From the NCBI GenBank assembly GCA_973895155.1, contig OZ316894.1, positions 26,149,240 through 26,213,239 on the forward strand: a stretch of DNA of 64,000 nt. The letters run 5' to 3'. The number at the start of each line of letters is the position of its first letter. Positions within the stretch are counted from its first letter, which is position 1. A program made the translations under genes and the position numbers. The notes under the pieces are model-generated. The model worked only from the letters and a program-made list of their open reading frames with translations, made no database searches and was not told the DNA's origin. This stretch comes from Marsupella aquatica. Taxonomy: Eukaryota > Plantae > Marchantiophyta. This document shows positions 49,535 through 61,700 of this stretch, in pieces.

Positions 49535-52500
49535 ATGCCTATGCCGAAAATGCCGTGGGGTTGGGGAAAGTCCACGTCAAAAGAAATCAGGAAGGGCGGG
49601 TGCAAAGACGTATCTGTCGAAGGCGCTGAAGCACCTCGGGTCCACCACAGAGCCCCTGTCTCGAGGAGAGGAGGAGAAAACAAGAAGGTTGAGTCGGATT
49701 CGCCACCGAGTTCAACAAGAGGGCCGCATCGGTTCAGCTTAGACGTGACGCAGCAGAGTTCTGATCCTCGCTCGGTTTTTGCCATTGGGACGCTCTGTTC
49801 TAGATCACCCTCTCCGTCTACCCCGTCCACTAGGTGTCCGAGTTTCAGTGATAAGAAGCCTCCCGCACAACCTCTGCCTTTGCCCACACCATTGGGAAAA
49901 ACCTATTCCGGTAACGGGCTGCCTTCTGGATCCCTTTCTGCGAACAATAGGTTTTCATCTGTCAACTCCTTCCAGCCTCTCCCTTCAGAGACAACAGAGC
50001 AGAGGATTTTTGCCTACGACCCAAGCGAGATTGACCAGGCAACCTCGGCCGCTGCTTCTTGCTCCAACAATTCCAGTGTTAGCTCTCTTGGAAGTGTCGA
50101 GGTGGTGGACTCCTCCTGGAATCATGGTGTTCCGACTCTGTCTCGCTTGAGGCCCAGTAATGACATCGAGGCAAGTGAGCAAGCACGCAATCCTGTGTAA
50201 GTTCACAGCCTCCCATCCTTTCGTGTCTCTTCTTCACCCCTTGGTCTCATGCTGAATTCACAACATTGAGATGAGGACTTCTGACTCATTATCATGAACA
50301 CAACAGTCAATTTCTCATCATGCCCGAACGGTACTTTATTTTTAAATGAGGTACCTCTATAAACGGAAAACCAGTCATGAATTAGACCTTGATGATGTGA
50401 TAGGATTTCCTGTCCTCTTGTCACCGATGTAGTAGTGTGAGTTCAGTCGGGGCAATTACGCGTGCAGTGGATATCGACGAGGGCTCGTATCATCAGCTCT
50501 GTAATGCTGGCGCTACACTGAATCAGTTTGCAGTTGTTATCGTCGAACAGCTTAGAGTTTTAGGGACGACTGGGTATAATGCGGGTTGCTCTGTTTAATT
50601 GATCAGAGCTGACAGTTTTTGTAACAGAGTATAGCAAGCCTGGGATGACATGAGCAAGTAGTCAAGCTCATGGATTGTTTGTTGTCTTTTCAGGTTTGGA
50701 TCTACTACTCCAAAGCATAGCAGAAAGAGTTCAAGGCAGGACAGTCCTCTCCCCACCAGTCCTCTTGGTCAGACACCCTCAACTTCGCCGAAGAAGGGTT
50801 ATTCAGATCCAAATAGAACGCTGTCTCCAATCAGGTTGGAGCCGCCTGGTGGGCTCCGTTTCCAGCAACCGAATGGGAGTGCTCCAGACAGCTCGTTGTC
50901 TAGTCCAGCACGAAGTCCGAGGAGGGTAAGCAGCTCCGAACAAGGAGCATACGGCTGCCCCTGGATTAGGTTGGAGGGGTTGTACGCAGGTTCCGCCCAG
51001 GGTTCGAGCCCAGGTTCTGGTCCCAACTCAGGTCACAATTCTTCAGGTGGAGATCCAGCGCAATTGTTTTGGAGCAACAATCCCAGCAGGAGGAGCCCCG
51101 AGCCCTCTCCTATACCTAGTCCCAGGCAGAGGAGCCCAGGGCCGAGTGGCCCGGTATCACCTTTACACACGAGGCCTAACGGAGTGGGTCAAAGTGGTCC
51201 GGAATTGCTCACAAGTTGGCACGAAGATGGGAAGACTTCGGCCCATCCTTTACCTTTGCCGCCTCCACGAGTTCCTACTGCTGGATCCACTCTCCACTCC
51301 CCTTCAATATCTCCAACCCCATCTCCGACTCCAGGACGCGAAATCAGCAGGAATGAGTCCTCGTTTGGGAGCTGTCATTCCTCTTCTGGGAACTGTGTGA
51401 CAAAATGGCAAAAGGGAAAGTTGATTGGGAGTGGGACCTTTGGTAATGTTTTCGTTGTCTTCAATAGGTATGTAACTCATAAATACCATAACTTTATAGA
51501 ATTACTGTCAGCGTCATCCCCATAGTTCTAGTCAGATTTTCCAATGAAAATTAGGACACGCGTACCCCAAAACGGTCAGATTAAACATTGAACGAGTTTG
51601 AATTGAAAGGCGTGAGATCTTGGTTGTGTTACCTTTGTGTAATTTGGCCATGTTTGTGGATCATCAATCGCAGCGATAGTGGGTTACTACGTGCAATGAA
51701 GGAAGTGCTCCTCGTATCAGATGACTCGAAGTCGAAAGAGAGTGTGAAGCAACTAGGACAGGTATGAAGATTAGTCCTGCATTTTCTCTCTCCCTGTTTC
51801 TTACGTTCCCATCGTTCAGTATTTCTCTCAACCAAGGCGTGGTCGTTAATTATGGTGATCTGTCACTTACGTGGTCCTTGTTTTCTGACCGTTGATTATC
51901 TGTGTACAGGAAATTGCTGTACTTAGCAGGTTACGGCATCCGAACATTGTACAATATATTGGAACTGAAGCGGTACGTCAAATTTGGAGACACAACTAGT
52001 CCCTTGTTTCTGCACTAGTGTTTCTATTTAGATTAAAAGGTGGTTTTAAGGCAGATGTTGAATGTTGTACGTGCAAAGGCTGCTAGAGAATATATTGCCA
52101 GTTACATCGGCATGGTTAAACATGACTCAGGGCTGTAGCGAACAGCTTGACCCAAGTAGGATAGTTCATTCGAAACCAAAAATAATTTATTCATACTGGC
52201 CAAGTAACCTAAACGATTTAAAACTAAATCCTTCCCGATCGTCGCGTACACAACCATAATGCTCATTTTCAGAAAGCTACCGTGATCAATTCAAGTTTTC
52301 ACTTCAATTCTCTAGTGCCTTACTACACATCCACATAAGTGTTTGAGCAAATATTATTGGGGTCAAAACTCATCAATCCGCAGGCAAGAGACATAGAATC
52401 TCATTTCCAAATACATCTGAGCCTGAAATGGGGTTGGCTTGGAGAGATAGCTGACCGGTTTTGTAGAAGAATATCGAGATTCTCAAATTGAGTGCAGAAA

Positions 52501-55226
52501 CCAAAATTATCCCAAAGGGAACCAATGATTTTAATGCGTTGTATTTGTTTTCCTCGTTGCAGTTGGATGATAGGCTCTGCATCTATCTTGAGTATGTCTC
52601 AGGAGGATCGATCCACAAATTGCTTCAAGAATATGGGTCGTTCAAGGAGCCGGTAATCAGGAGCTTTACTCGCCAGATTCTCTGCGGATTGGCATATCTG
52701 CATAACATGAATACTGTGCACAGGTCCCTCTTCTAACACGACATTTCTTACCCCATTTTTTAGTTGCTGCATGCTTTCCAGGCGTAAATATTTGATTCAA
52801 ACGCCAGTTTATTGGGTACATTTGGGTGATTACCTTCCTAAGGCTGCTCTTAACAATGCCATACTATTGGAAATTTTCAGGGATGTAAAAGGTGCAAACA
52901 TCCTTGTGGATACAAACGGAAAAGTAAAACTAGCAGACTTCGGCATGGCTAAACATGTAAGATTCTCTTTCGACATGCATGGAGGAAGTGCTTGGTCGTG
53001 TGACGTCATGATATTTGCCTTTTAATCTGGGCAGGTTTAGAAAGTGTCGGATTAGTATGGGTTTGTTTAGTCTTTTCACTATGGTTGAGTATCTGGGTAA
53101 TTTTCAGTTGCAATTTTGTTGGGCAGGCAGACGACATAGGCTTGTAGTGATTATTCATCATCCATAGTATTTGTGTTTGGCATGTTATCATTCTAAGTCG
53201 TATCCGTGCGGACTTTGCAACCTTAAGGTTTCTGCAATGCTAAGAAAGTCGAGGATAAAGACAAAGCTCAATTTCTGGCCTCTATGTCATTGTCGTGTAT
53301 TGAGATTTTTGACGGTACAAGGGTTGAGAAACCTAACCTCTAGCTCTCTTTACAGATCACGGCTCAATCGTTTCCTCTTTCTTTCAAGGGAAGTCCATAT
53401 TGGATGGCTCCAGAGGTAAAAGATCGCCCTTTTTGTAGTTTGTGGGGATAGGAATGTGTTCATATGGATTTGTTTGTAGTAAGCCATAGATGGCTTTATT
53501 GTTCGTCGTCTGACTGAGCTCATCGGCATTGTTTGATTGCAAGTTCTCATCCTCATTATCTTTGTTTCTTGGAATGTTTCTTCTTGTATGCGCCCTTTGT
53601 TTTTTGTGTGTCGAAACCTTTATAGATCATTTTCCGAAATTATCAACCAGTCTAAGCGGGTCTGTGATATTGCAGGTTATTAAGCATACAAATGGCTACG
53701 ATCTAGCAGTGGATATCTGGAGTCTTGGCTGCACAGTTCTGGAGATGGCTACTGCTAAGCCACCGTGGAGTCAGTATGAAGGAGTGAGTACTATTATGCC
53801 GAGTCGTCTGTCCAAATGATATGATATTATTGTCGTATCTGAGCAGAGCATATGATGAATGTGACGCTTTTATAAAGCTCGAGAGCACTTGGGATTGTTT
53901 TGCAGGTCGCTGCGATGTTCAAAATTGGGAACAGCAAGGAACTTCCTTCAATACCAGACACTTTGTCACCAGAGGGGAAGGAATTTGTGAGATTATGCCT
54001 GCAGAGGGATCCAAATCTGCGGCCAACAGCGCAGCAGTTGTTGAAGCACCCGTTTGTTGAGAATCTTCAGGATGATCGGTTCGATGCTTCTTATGTCATA
54101 GCAGCCACTACCGCAGGCATTCGAAATCTGGTATGCTTTGCCCTCTCATGCCGTCAGTTGAATATTGTTAAACCTTTCTTCTGACTCAGTCTGAGATTTG
54201 TTCTTCTCTACTGATTCTCTTTTGAAGAATGTTGTTACGCAGACTCTTGGACAAAGGCATGACATTGATGTGGGAATCTCATTTCCTCCTCCATTGTCCA
54301 GAACAAGAGGACAACTTTCTCCAACTTCAAGGTATTGTGTCCCCTTTGTTTTCCCTACCTTTATCTTGTGTTTCCTCTTGAATCTATGAGACGATTTACT
54401 CGTTCACAAACTAGAAGGATTACTTGTAGGTGGGGGCTGATTTTTACAGATAAATGAATAAAAGATATGAACGCTCGAGTTTGTAACAGAACAGCTTTTG
54501 GGAAGTGTCTTTATGGAATATTTCTTGTAGCGGTGCATTGTCATGATTTTGTATTGCCACTGATTGATCATGTGGCTTTGGGTTGTGTGCAGTGACCTGA
54601 GCCGCAACATTTCGTCTGGGTATCTACCTTCAAACCCAAATTCCTTGAGTCCCACTGGCCAATCACGCCGCCATGTTTATAATGGACTCTCTTCTCTGCC
54701 ACATTCACCCCATGTGCAGTCTGGAGCTTCAACACCTCATACTGGAGGGTACGGAAGCCCCCACAGTAGCGGACATGGCAGTGCACCTGGAAGCACACAC
54801 GGGATCCCCCACACACATGCATATGGGAATGGGACTTTTGGAGCTCCTCCTGGCCCTTTTCCTGATGGATACTCGAATGTTACACGACAAAATGGCGTAT
54901 ACGGAAACACTCTCATGAATGGTGGATACACGGAACCAGTGAGAAGTGAGTTCCATTGGGGTACTCCACACTGGACCCCAGAAGGCAGCCCTTTGCGTAG
55001 GGACGTACCTCCACATGAGAATGATATTTTGGGCATGGCTCTAGGAAGAGTTTCTCAGGATAGTGAGGATGATACAAGGAGGTACTTCAATGTAAATGGG
55101 AACCTGGTGGAGCATGTCTCTCAGCAGCTTCTGAGGAGACCAAAGCAGCTCTCTCCTATTCTGTATCATCATCGATCATCTACTTCACCCTCACTAAGTC
55201 GCACAAACAGTGAACTTAGCCACTGA
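49535..55226 (+). CDS. YDA: MEKK-type MAP kinase kinase kinase, YODA-like
   Basis: Start at 49535 (or 49550, MPWGWGKS). Exons 49535-50196, 50694-51467, 51674-51761, 51910-51972, 52563-52723, 52881-52956, 53356-53415, 53676-53783, 53906-54130, 54243-54331, 54593-55226. YODA-type N-terminal motifs AQPLPLP, SSPGSGPNSGHNSSGGD, SPEPSPIPSPR and HPLPLPP. Kinase motifs WQKGKLIGSGTFG, AMKEV, HRDVKGAN, DFGMAKH, SFKGSPYWMAPE and AAMFKIGNSKELP. C-terminal SGASTP. Confidence 0.92.
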
Positions 55227-56350
55227 CGGTGTGCACAAATAATTTACTAACCTCAATACTCTTGTATCAGAGAAAGCAGCAGCCTTAATTAAGTAGGGGG
55301 GTGGCTCCATAGGAGAGGGTGGGTGGTGCCACAAATAAGGAACTTGTGTACAGGTGCTAGAGAACTTTGGTTCCTGCGGGCTAGAGAAGTTGGAGCAACA
55401 GTGAGGTAAAATATGCAGAAATAGACATGATCTTCAAAGGAGGCGGTTGAGCATTTCTCTACACACGGCATATTTCTTGGTTTCCGTTTTATGGAGAAAG
55501 ATGGAAGGGTAGGCCTGACAAGCCTACATTGAGATTTTCAATTTATGATCTTGATGAAGGCAGAAAGGGTTTAGTTAAAATGTGATGATAGCAGCCCTAA
55601 AAGAAGGGCGTCAGAGTAGGCAAAGGAAAGAATAGAATGACTATTGGTAACCTCAAAAGGTCTAAATGCGCTATAGCTCAAGAAAACATAGCATGAGGCT
55701 GAGGAGTGTTCCTTTGTAGATCATATTGTCAGCTGGAGCAGGAAAATAAATCAAGTGCTCCCAGTAATAGGTGGACATCCGAGTGCCACTGCCTTGTCTC
55801 TTTCAGGTTTCATGGTGGAGATGAGATCTTCGTCTGTATGACAAGCTTCTTTGACAGGCTGGCAATACGAGGTGGGATTATTAGAGTGGGTATTTTGTTG
55901 TGGCTAGAGTCCTTTTGCCTTCCAACCCCGAGGCGAAGAAGTTATTTAACTGATTAAGATTCAAAGTTTCCAGCTGAGGGCCCATCCTCCCTTCCCGGCC
56001 TTGGCCTAGACATTTTAACGCACCTCAGAGCTAGTTCTCCTTATGGAATCAATTTCAATTTCAAACTTGCTCAAGAGGCCTTTTTACAACTTCACCCTCA
56101 GGCAAGCTCTACTACCCTAATTTGAATGCCCTTCAGCTCAGGCATTCCTGTATCAATTCAGGGAGAAGTGTATGGAAATAAAAAAAACTACAGTCGTGAC
56201 TGTCATATTGAAAATTCAGAAAGGCAAAATCAGGCTGGGGACCAAATCCATTTCTGCAGAAGAGTGGTGATATTCTGCCATTAAATTGCTTGCCATGTGG
56301 CAACCCACTTTGGGAGTAATGAGAGCTATGGATTGAGATCTAGACTGGAT

Positions 56351-56792
56351 ATTCTGTTAACAGTGGATTGCATTCCTTGCTTGAATGCGTAATCTCACTA
56401 CGCACATTCTGTTAACGGTGGATTGCATTCCTTGCTTGAATGTGTAATCTCACTAGGCACATTCTGTTATGGGTGGATTGCGATTCCTTGCTTGAATCTG
56501 TAATCTCACCGGTGGATTGCATTCCTTGCTTGAATGTGTAATCTCACTAGGCACATTCTGTTATGGGTGGATTGCGATTCCTTGCTTGAATCTGTAATCT
56601 CACCGGTGGATTGCATTCCTTGCTTGAATGTGTAATCTCACTAGGCACATTCTGTTATGGGTGGATTGCGATTCCTTGCTTGAATCTGTAATCTCACCGG
56701 TGGATTGCATTCCTTGCTTGAATGTGTAATCTCACTAGGCACATTCTGTTATGGGTGGATTGCGATTCCTTGCTTGAATCTGTAATCTCACC
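56351..56792. repeat. Higher-order tandem repeat: four identical 94-bp units plus one 55-bp precursor unit, nine hairpin monomers in total
   Basis: 94-bp units at 56417-56510, 56511-56604, 56605-56698 and 56699-56792. Each unit is A (GGTGGATTGCATTCCTTGCTTGAATGTGTAATCTCACT) + linker AGGCACATTCTGTTATG + B (GGTGGATTGCGATTCCTTGCTTGAATCTGTAATCTCACC). Confidence 0.95.
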
Positions 56793-56802
56793 GGGCACAT
56801 GA

Positions 56803-56920
56803 ACCCTTTAGGCTTGGCATCTCATGTCAGAATTAAAAAATGCCACGTTTCAAAAATGTTGACCCTTTATACTTGGCATCTCAATTTATAATTAAAAAAT
56901 ACCAAGTTTCGAAAATGTTA
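56803..56920. repeat. ~59-bp tandem duplication
   Basis: ACCCTTTA..CTTGGCATCTCA.....AATTAAAAAAT.CCA.GTTTC.AAAATGTT occurs twice. Confidence 0.75.
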
Positions 56921-57713
56921 CATGAATAAATGAATTTGAATCCCTAACGACCGAATCAGGCCATCAAACTAACAGTGTATTGTATGACGACTCCCTAAAT
57001 TTAGAAGCCAAAACCCTCGAAACGATTGCAATGATCACTAGTCAGTCTTCGACGGTATCTAAACCACCAATGTCACTCGAGCTGAATTTCTGGCATGGCC
57101 AGAACTCCATCGGACATCAAAAATCTCCATAAGCGACGGTACTCAAAGGTGACATTCTTGAGATCTAGTGTTCCATCATTTTCAAGCTCCTGTTTGGAGA
57201 ACATGGACAACTTTGCCCTTTGCACGCCAAATGATACGAGAGTTCTGTACATTGGAATGCTCCGCTAGCTGGGAGTAGCGAGAGAGTACACTCCTGATTT
57301 TGTCCTTTCTAGCCCCTTCACTTCTCAAATTACAACGGGCAATTTCAACCCCGGTACATTTTGCCTCGGCGGCATCACACCAGCATGTGATAGCAAACAG
57401 ACCGGGTCAGCTTGGAAGCATTGTTACGCATAATTTCGGATTGCCTATTGGTTTCTACTTTTGAGGAGATTTCGGCAGCATAGCGGACAGCATCAGCATC
57501 ACCGTCATCGTGATAATGCTTCAACGAAATTCCAGAGTTGACAGATAACATGCTCCTCTTTAGAGACTGGTGACTCCCAAAGAGCACTGTGTTCGTTGCT
57601 AGTTGGAAGAGAATGTGTCGAACTACTACGAGCATGTTCCTCGTTACTGGACTGAAGAGAAACGGATGGAATACTGGAAACTGTGCTCATTGTTGCTGCA
57701 TTCTAGCGCACTA

Positions 57714-59426
57714 TCACCTTGCCGACGTAGACGTCCAACTCCTTTTGCGTCGCTTACGGTACCCATCATTTGGGGACTCGGTAGTAAAATTTGCTATGGG
57801 CCCCATATAACTATCCATTTCTTCATACGCTTCAGCAGGTGACACAACGGCTCCTCGTCCAGCAGAATCAGTGGCATTACCTCTAGAGCCAGTCCATTGG
57901 TAAGTCCCCACTGTACTCGGCCTCCGTGACGAGGTCCACCGAGGCTCTCGCTCCTGGAGATCCATCCACCGAGGCATTCGAGAAGCAGAGCGTGGAGTAC
58001 TATATCTATTCTCATTCCTGGACGGTCCTCCTCCTCTTGCAGAGAATTCCGTCGGCCAAGGAGCGGGCCAGGAGGCATTTCGCTTACTACACCCACGAGC
58101 ATAGTGTCCTTCCTCACCACATTTGAAGCACACAGACGCCACCCCATTTCCGCTTCCTCCTCCTCTATCACTCCTACGAGGTTTAGCGCAGCCCGCCCCC
58201 GTGTGGCCCATCTCGCCACACTCGTAGCAGGAGACAGGCAACGGCGAAGAGTCCACAACAACAACGCAGGACAGATGACCAAATTCACTACATATGTAAC
58301 ACTGGACTTGAGCTAGATCTTGCGAGTCGTATGAGTAGTAGCAGGAGGATGCTTCATGGCCATGGGTTCCACAAAGAAGGCACACGTTACCTCCTTCTCC
58401 GCGTTCGTCCCCTAACAAGGCTGAAGCTCTAACCGCACCCTTGTTGGGGCAATACCTCGCAATGTGGCCAACCTTTCCGCAAACGTAGCATTCTGTTTTC
58501 TGGGGGCATTCTCGCCCCTCGTGGCCGAATCCTCCACAGACGTAGCATGGCTTGAGACGGGGGCCGTCCGGACAGGCGGCCGCTAAGTGACCAACGTTTC
58601 CACAGTTGAAGCAGGATTGGCCCTGCTCTTCTGGAGGGTCGAAATAGCGAGGCCCACGGAGCAGCTTCCTCATTACCATGCTTTCCTCTCCATCGCCATC
58701 CTTAATTTCTATGACCATAGCTTTACTGTCTGAGTTCCCTCCTGTGATGGTGTTGTCTCTTCCTCCGCCTCCGCTTTTCTGTTTCTTCTTCTTTTCCTTT
58801 TTTTCTCTCTTTTCTCTCTTATTCTTCTTCCGTTTTCCCCTCTCCTCCTGCTCGTCAGGGTTGACGGGACTGTCGTCAATTGCTGCATCCGGCAATTCCA
58901 ACGCCAGCACAGGGTTCAATTCTGCGTCTTCGTCTTCTTGAAGCTCACCTTCTTCTGGTGATTCGACTCTACGAGCCATTGGCTCCATGAGCTCAACGAC
59001 CTCCCCCTCCTCGACACTGGAATCCCTACCAAGAGGAGCGGCTTCCTCCACCCTCCCTTCCACCGCGGAATTCTTTGCCGCATACATAATGCTGTCTGTT
59101 CCGGAGAGGACACCAATGGTGGTGCTTGTCCTGAGTACCTTGACCTCCTGGACTTCAGGTCCCGTAGCACTAGGAGACGATGTTGTTTTCTTCTTTCGCC
59201 GCTGCTCCGCCTTTGCCACAATATGCAGACTGAGGTCGGCGTTGGCCTCGTCTTCGTCTTCTTCTCCCTTTACTTTACTGCCATCTCCATTTCCATTCCT
59301 CTGTCTCTTGTTCCTCCTTCCAGCTTGCCCGCTTCCCTCGTCTTCGTCTGCTTCTTCCCCTTCGACGCCTGAATACAGAGAACTGCGCTCATTGCTGGTT
59401 GATTCCAGCGAATCTATGATGGCCAT
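57714..59426 (-). CDS. Zinc-knuckle (CCHC) RNA-binding protein, AIR1/2-ZCCHC7-like, single coding exon
   Basis: First ATG at 59426 (MAIIDSLE). Acidic/basic N-terminus with an NLS-like KRKKNKREKREKKEKKKK, then the conserved RKLLRGPRYFDPP motif. Seven knuckles follow: CFNC, CYVC, CYVC, CLLC, CYIC (variant CX2CX4HX2C), CYEC, CFKC. The tail is R/S/G-rich. Confidence 0.88.
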   Translation of the reverse strand: MAIIDSLESTSNERSSLYSGVEGEEADEDEGSGQAGRRNKRQRNGNGDGSKVKGEEDEDEANADLSLHIVAKAEQRRKKKTTSSPSATGPEVQEVKVLRTSTTIGVLSGTDSIMYAAKNSAVEGRVEEAAPLGRDSSVEEGEVVELMEPMARRVESPEEGELQEDEDAELNPVLALELPDAAIDDSPVNPDEQEERGKRKKNKREKREKKEKKKKQKSGGGGRDNTITGGNSDSKAMVIEIKDGDGEESMVMRKLLRGPRYFDPPEEQGQSCFNCGNVGHLAAACPDGPRLKPCYVCGGFGHEGRECPQKTECYVCGKVGHIARYCPNKGAVRASALLGDERGEGGNVCLLCGTHGHEASSCYYSYDSQDLAQVQCYICSEFGHLSCVVVVDSSPLPVSCYECGEMGHTGAGCAKPRRSDRGGGSGNGVASVCFKCGEEGHYARGCSKRNASWPAPWPTEFSARGGGPSRNENRYSTPRSASRMPRWMDLQEREPRWTSSRRPSTVGTYQWTGSRGNATDSAGRGAVVSPAEAYEEMDSYMGPIANFTTESPNDGYRKRRKRSWTSTSAR

Positions 59427-60059
59427 TGAGGAGGACACGCAAAGCAACAACGAAAAATGCCACAACTTCTGTTGACCTGCGGTTATTTCAGAGCTGCCAT
59501 CCCTCCCTCCAGACAAGCTCGGTTCGTCCTCGTCGCCCCAGGGCGGAAAACGCTGGCAAAACTATACCAAATATAAATTATCCTCCGCTGAAAGCATAAG
59601 AGGGTAGTACCACTGCGTGCGCTACACATTTACAGACGGAGAAATATGATACTTTCGCACCAAATCAGTGAACCCTAAAACATTCGGGAAGACCACACTT
59701 TCTCCAAAAATCGGGAGTCACCAATCCGTGCGCTCTACATCTGTGGAGAAAACCCAGAAATGAGATCAGATGTGCTGAAATCAGAAACCCTACCACCGTC
59801 GCGAAGACTGGACTAAGTGCGAAATCTCCTTTTCAATGGAGGGCGTAATCCGAGTGGTCTACATCAACAACGAACAGAGCAAAAATCGTGATCAATTTTG
59901 CTCACCGTCAGTAACCATAATTATTCGCTACTGCCTGGCTTCCATTCCCGACGCAGTCGGCGCCAATGCGACGAAATCGAGTCTGGAGCCTCACCAAGTC
60001 TGTGGGTCGTGCAAATTCACGGCATTTTCGCTGCCGTGTTTTACGATCTCCGCGTACCT

Positions 60060-60462
60060 GCTTCGCTTCTCTTCTCTTCTCTTCTCGTCTCGTCTCTTCT
60101 GGTGTCTTCTCTTCTCCTCTGCTTTCGTTGCTCGCTTCTCGTTTCTCGTTGCTCGTTTCTTCTGGTTTCGTTGCTTCGCTTCTCGTTCCTCTTCGCGTCT
60201 TTTCTTTTCTGCTTTCGTTGCTTCGCTTTTCTTTTCTTTTCTTTTCTTTTCTTTTCTTTTCTTTTCTTTTCTTTTCTTTTCTTTTCTTTTCTTTTCTCTG
60301 CTCTTCTCTTTTCTGCTTTCGTTGCTTCGCTTTTCTTTTCTGCTTTCGTTGCTTCGCGTTACCTTCCTCGTCTCTTCGGACTTCGTTGCTTCGCTTTTCT
60401 TTTCTTTTCTTTTCTTTCCTCTTCTGTTCTGCTTCGTTGCTTTGCATTTCTTTTCTTTCCTT
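60060..60462. repeat. Pyrimidine-rich low-complexity tract including a perfect (CTTTT)14 microsatellite at 60226-60295
   Basis: Read directly from the sequence; interspersed with repeated CTTTCGTTGCTTCGC units. Confidence 0.95.
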
Positions 60463-61700
60463 TCGGAGGATATGTGGTTTGACTGCCGTCTCCTCGCAGG
60501 TAACGTTGGGTGCATTAGTACAGGGTTGTTTTGTCCTAATACTTTGGTCACTCAGAAGTTTCCACCTCTGTGTTTTCTGATGGAGCATCCTCAGTACACT
60601 ACATGTGTTTTTGAATACTAGCCTCTTTTTAGCATGTTCCACGAATATATAGCATGTTTATCCCCGAACATGCCTCTTTTTTGTATTGTAGTGATATATA
60701 ATTTATTTTAAGATAAAGTATATGCCAAGAGTGAGTGACATAACACATAAAACCATAAGTACACATGCAAAGGAAAAACACATTATGACCAAGAAAATAC
60801 AAAGGTACTAAAGAATTGTGCACATATTGTACATAATTTCACTTGCTTCTAGGGAGATTTGCACTTGCTTCTAGGTCATGATAGTCAACTCAATTAAAAT
60901 CATAGATGTTGTAAAGGAAACCATGAGGGGAACTTAGTGCACAAAATGTGCACATTGTTCAAATTCATTTCTCTCACTTTCATGAGAAAAAAGAGAATTC
61001 ACTAAAGAATGATTTAAAATGAAAGATTAAACATTTATGAAAGGAATCAAATATATTCAAAATACTCTAAGTTCACTAAAATTAAAAGAGGTCTAAAAAT
61101 TAATTCAAAATCAACTTAATACAAATGATTCACCTTGTTAAGGCACATTAAAATCAAATACTGGACATAGAATTTGAATACGACAAAATTTGGAAGGTGG
61201 ATTCACCATATAGCATTAGCAATTTCATCCTTAGCAGTGACTTTCCATTTCTGTTTTTCCTTATGAGAGCATTCTCAGTATACTATGTGTATTTTTAAGT
61301 ATAGGGTTAAAGGGGTATGGATGCCTTAACAAGTTATAGGGTGGGTTAAAGGCTTATAGACTCTTTAACGAGTTATGGGGCGACCGCATGTGTGAGAAGA
61401 AAGATGGGAAATCATATATTTGTAGAAGAAATTGTATGTATTTTATCATACTTTCAAGTCCTGTCTTCACTTATGATTGGACCTGCTGACATTGTTATTG
61501 TGTTTGTCATGCTCAATTTAAGGTTATATTGAGAAGTTAAGACCTACAAGTGGAAACGAATAACAGGACAAGAATCATAATAAGTGAATGCATGATCTTA
61601 AAGGAAACCATTGAAATGGTGTAAGGGAGCAGTCATTTGTGTCAGTAAATACTAGCCTCTTGGGACTTCAAAGTTTCAACCTCTACAATTTCGAGAGATA

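Noticed and set aside
56351-56792. CRISPR-like appearance (palindromic ~38-bp repeats)
   Set aside because: Spacers are identical or absent, there are no cas genes and the context is eukaryotic. It is a tandem higher-order repeat.
59836-60621. Plus-strand ORFs of 194-261 aa rich in F/L/S that look like membrane proteins
   Set aside because: They are an artefact of the stop-free (CTTTT)n low-complexity tract.
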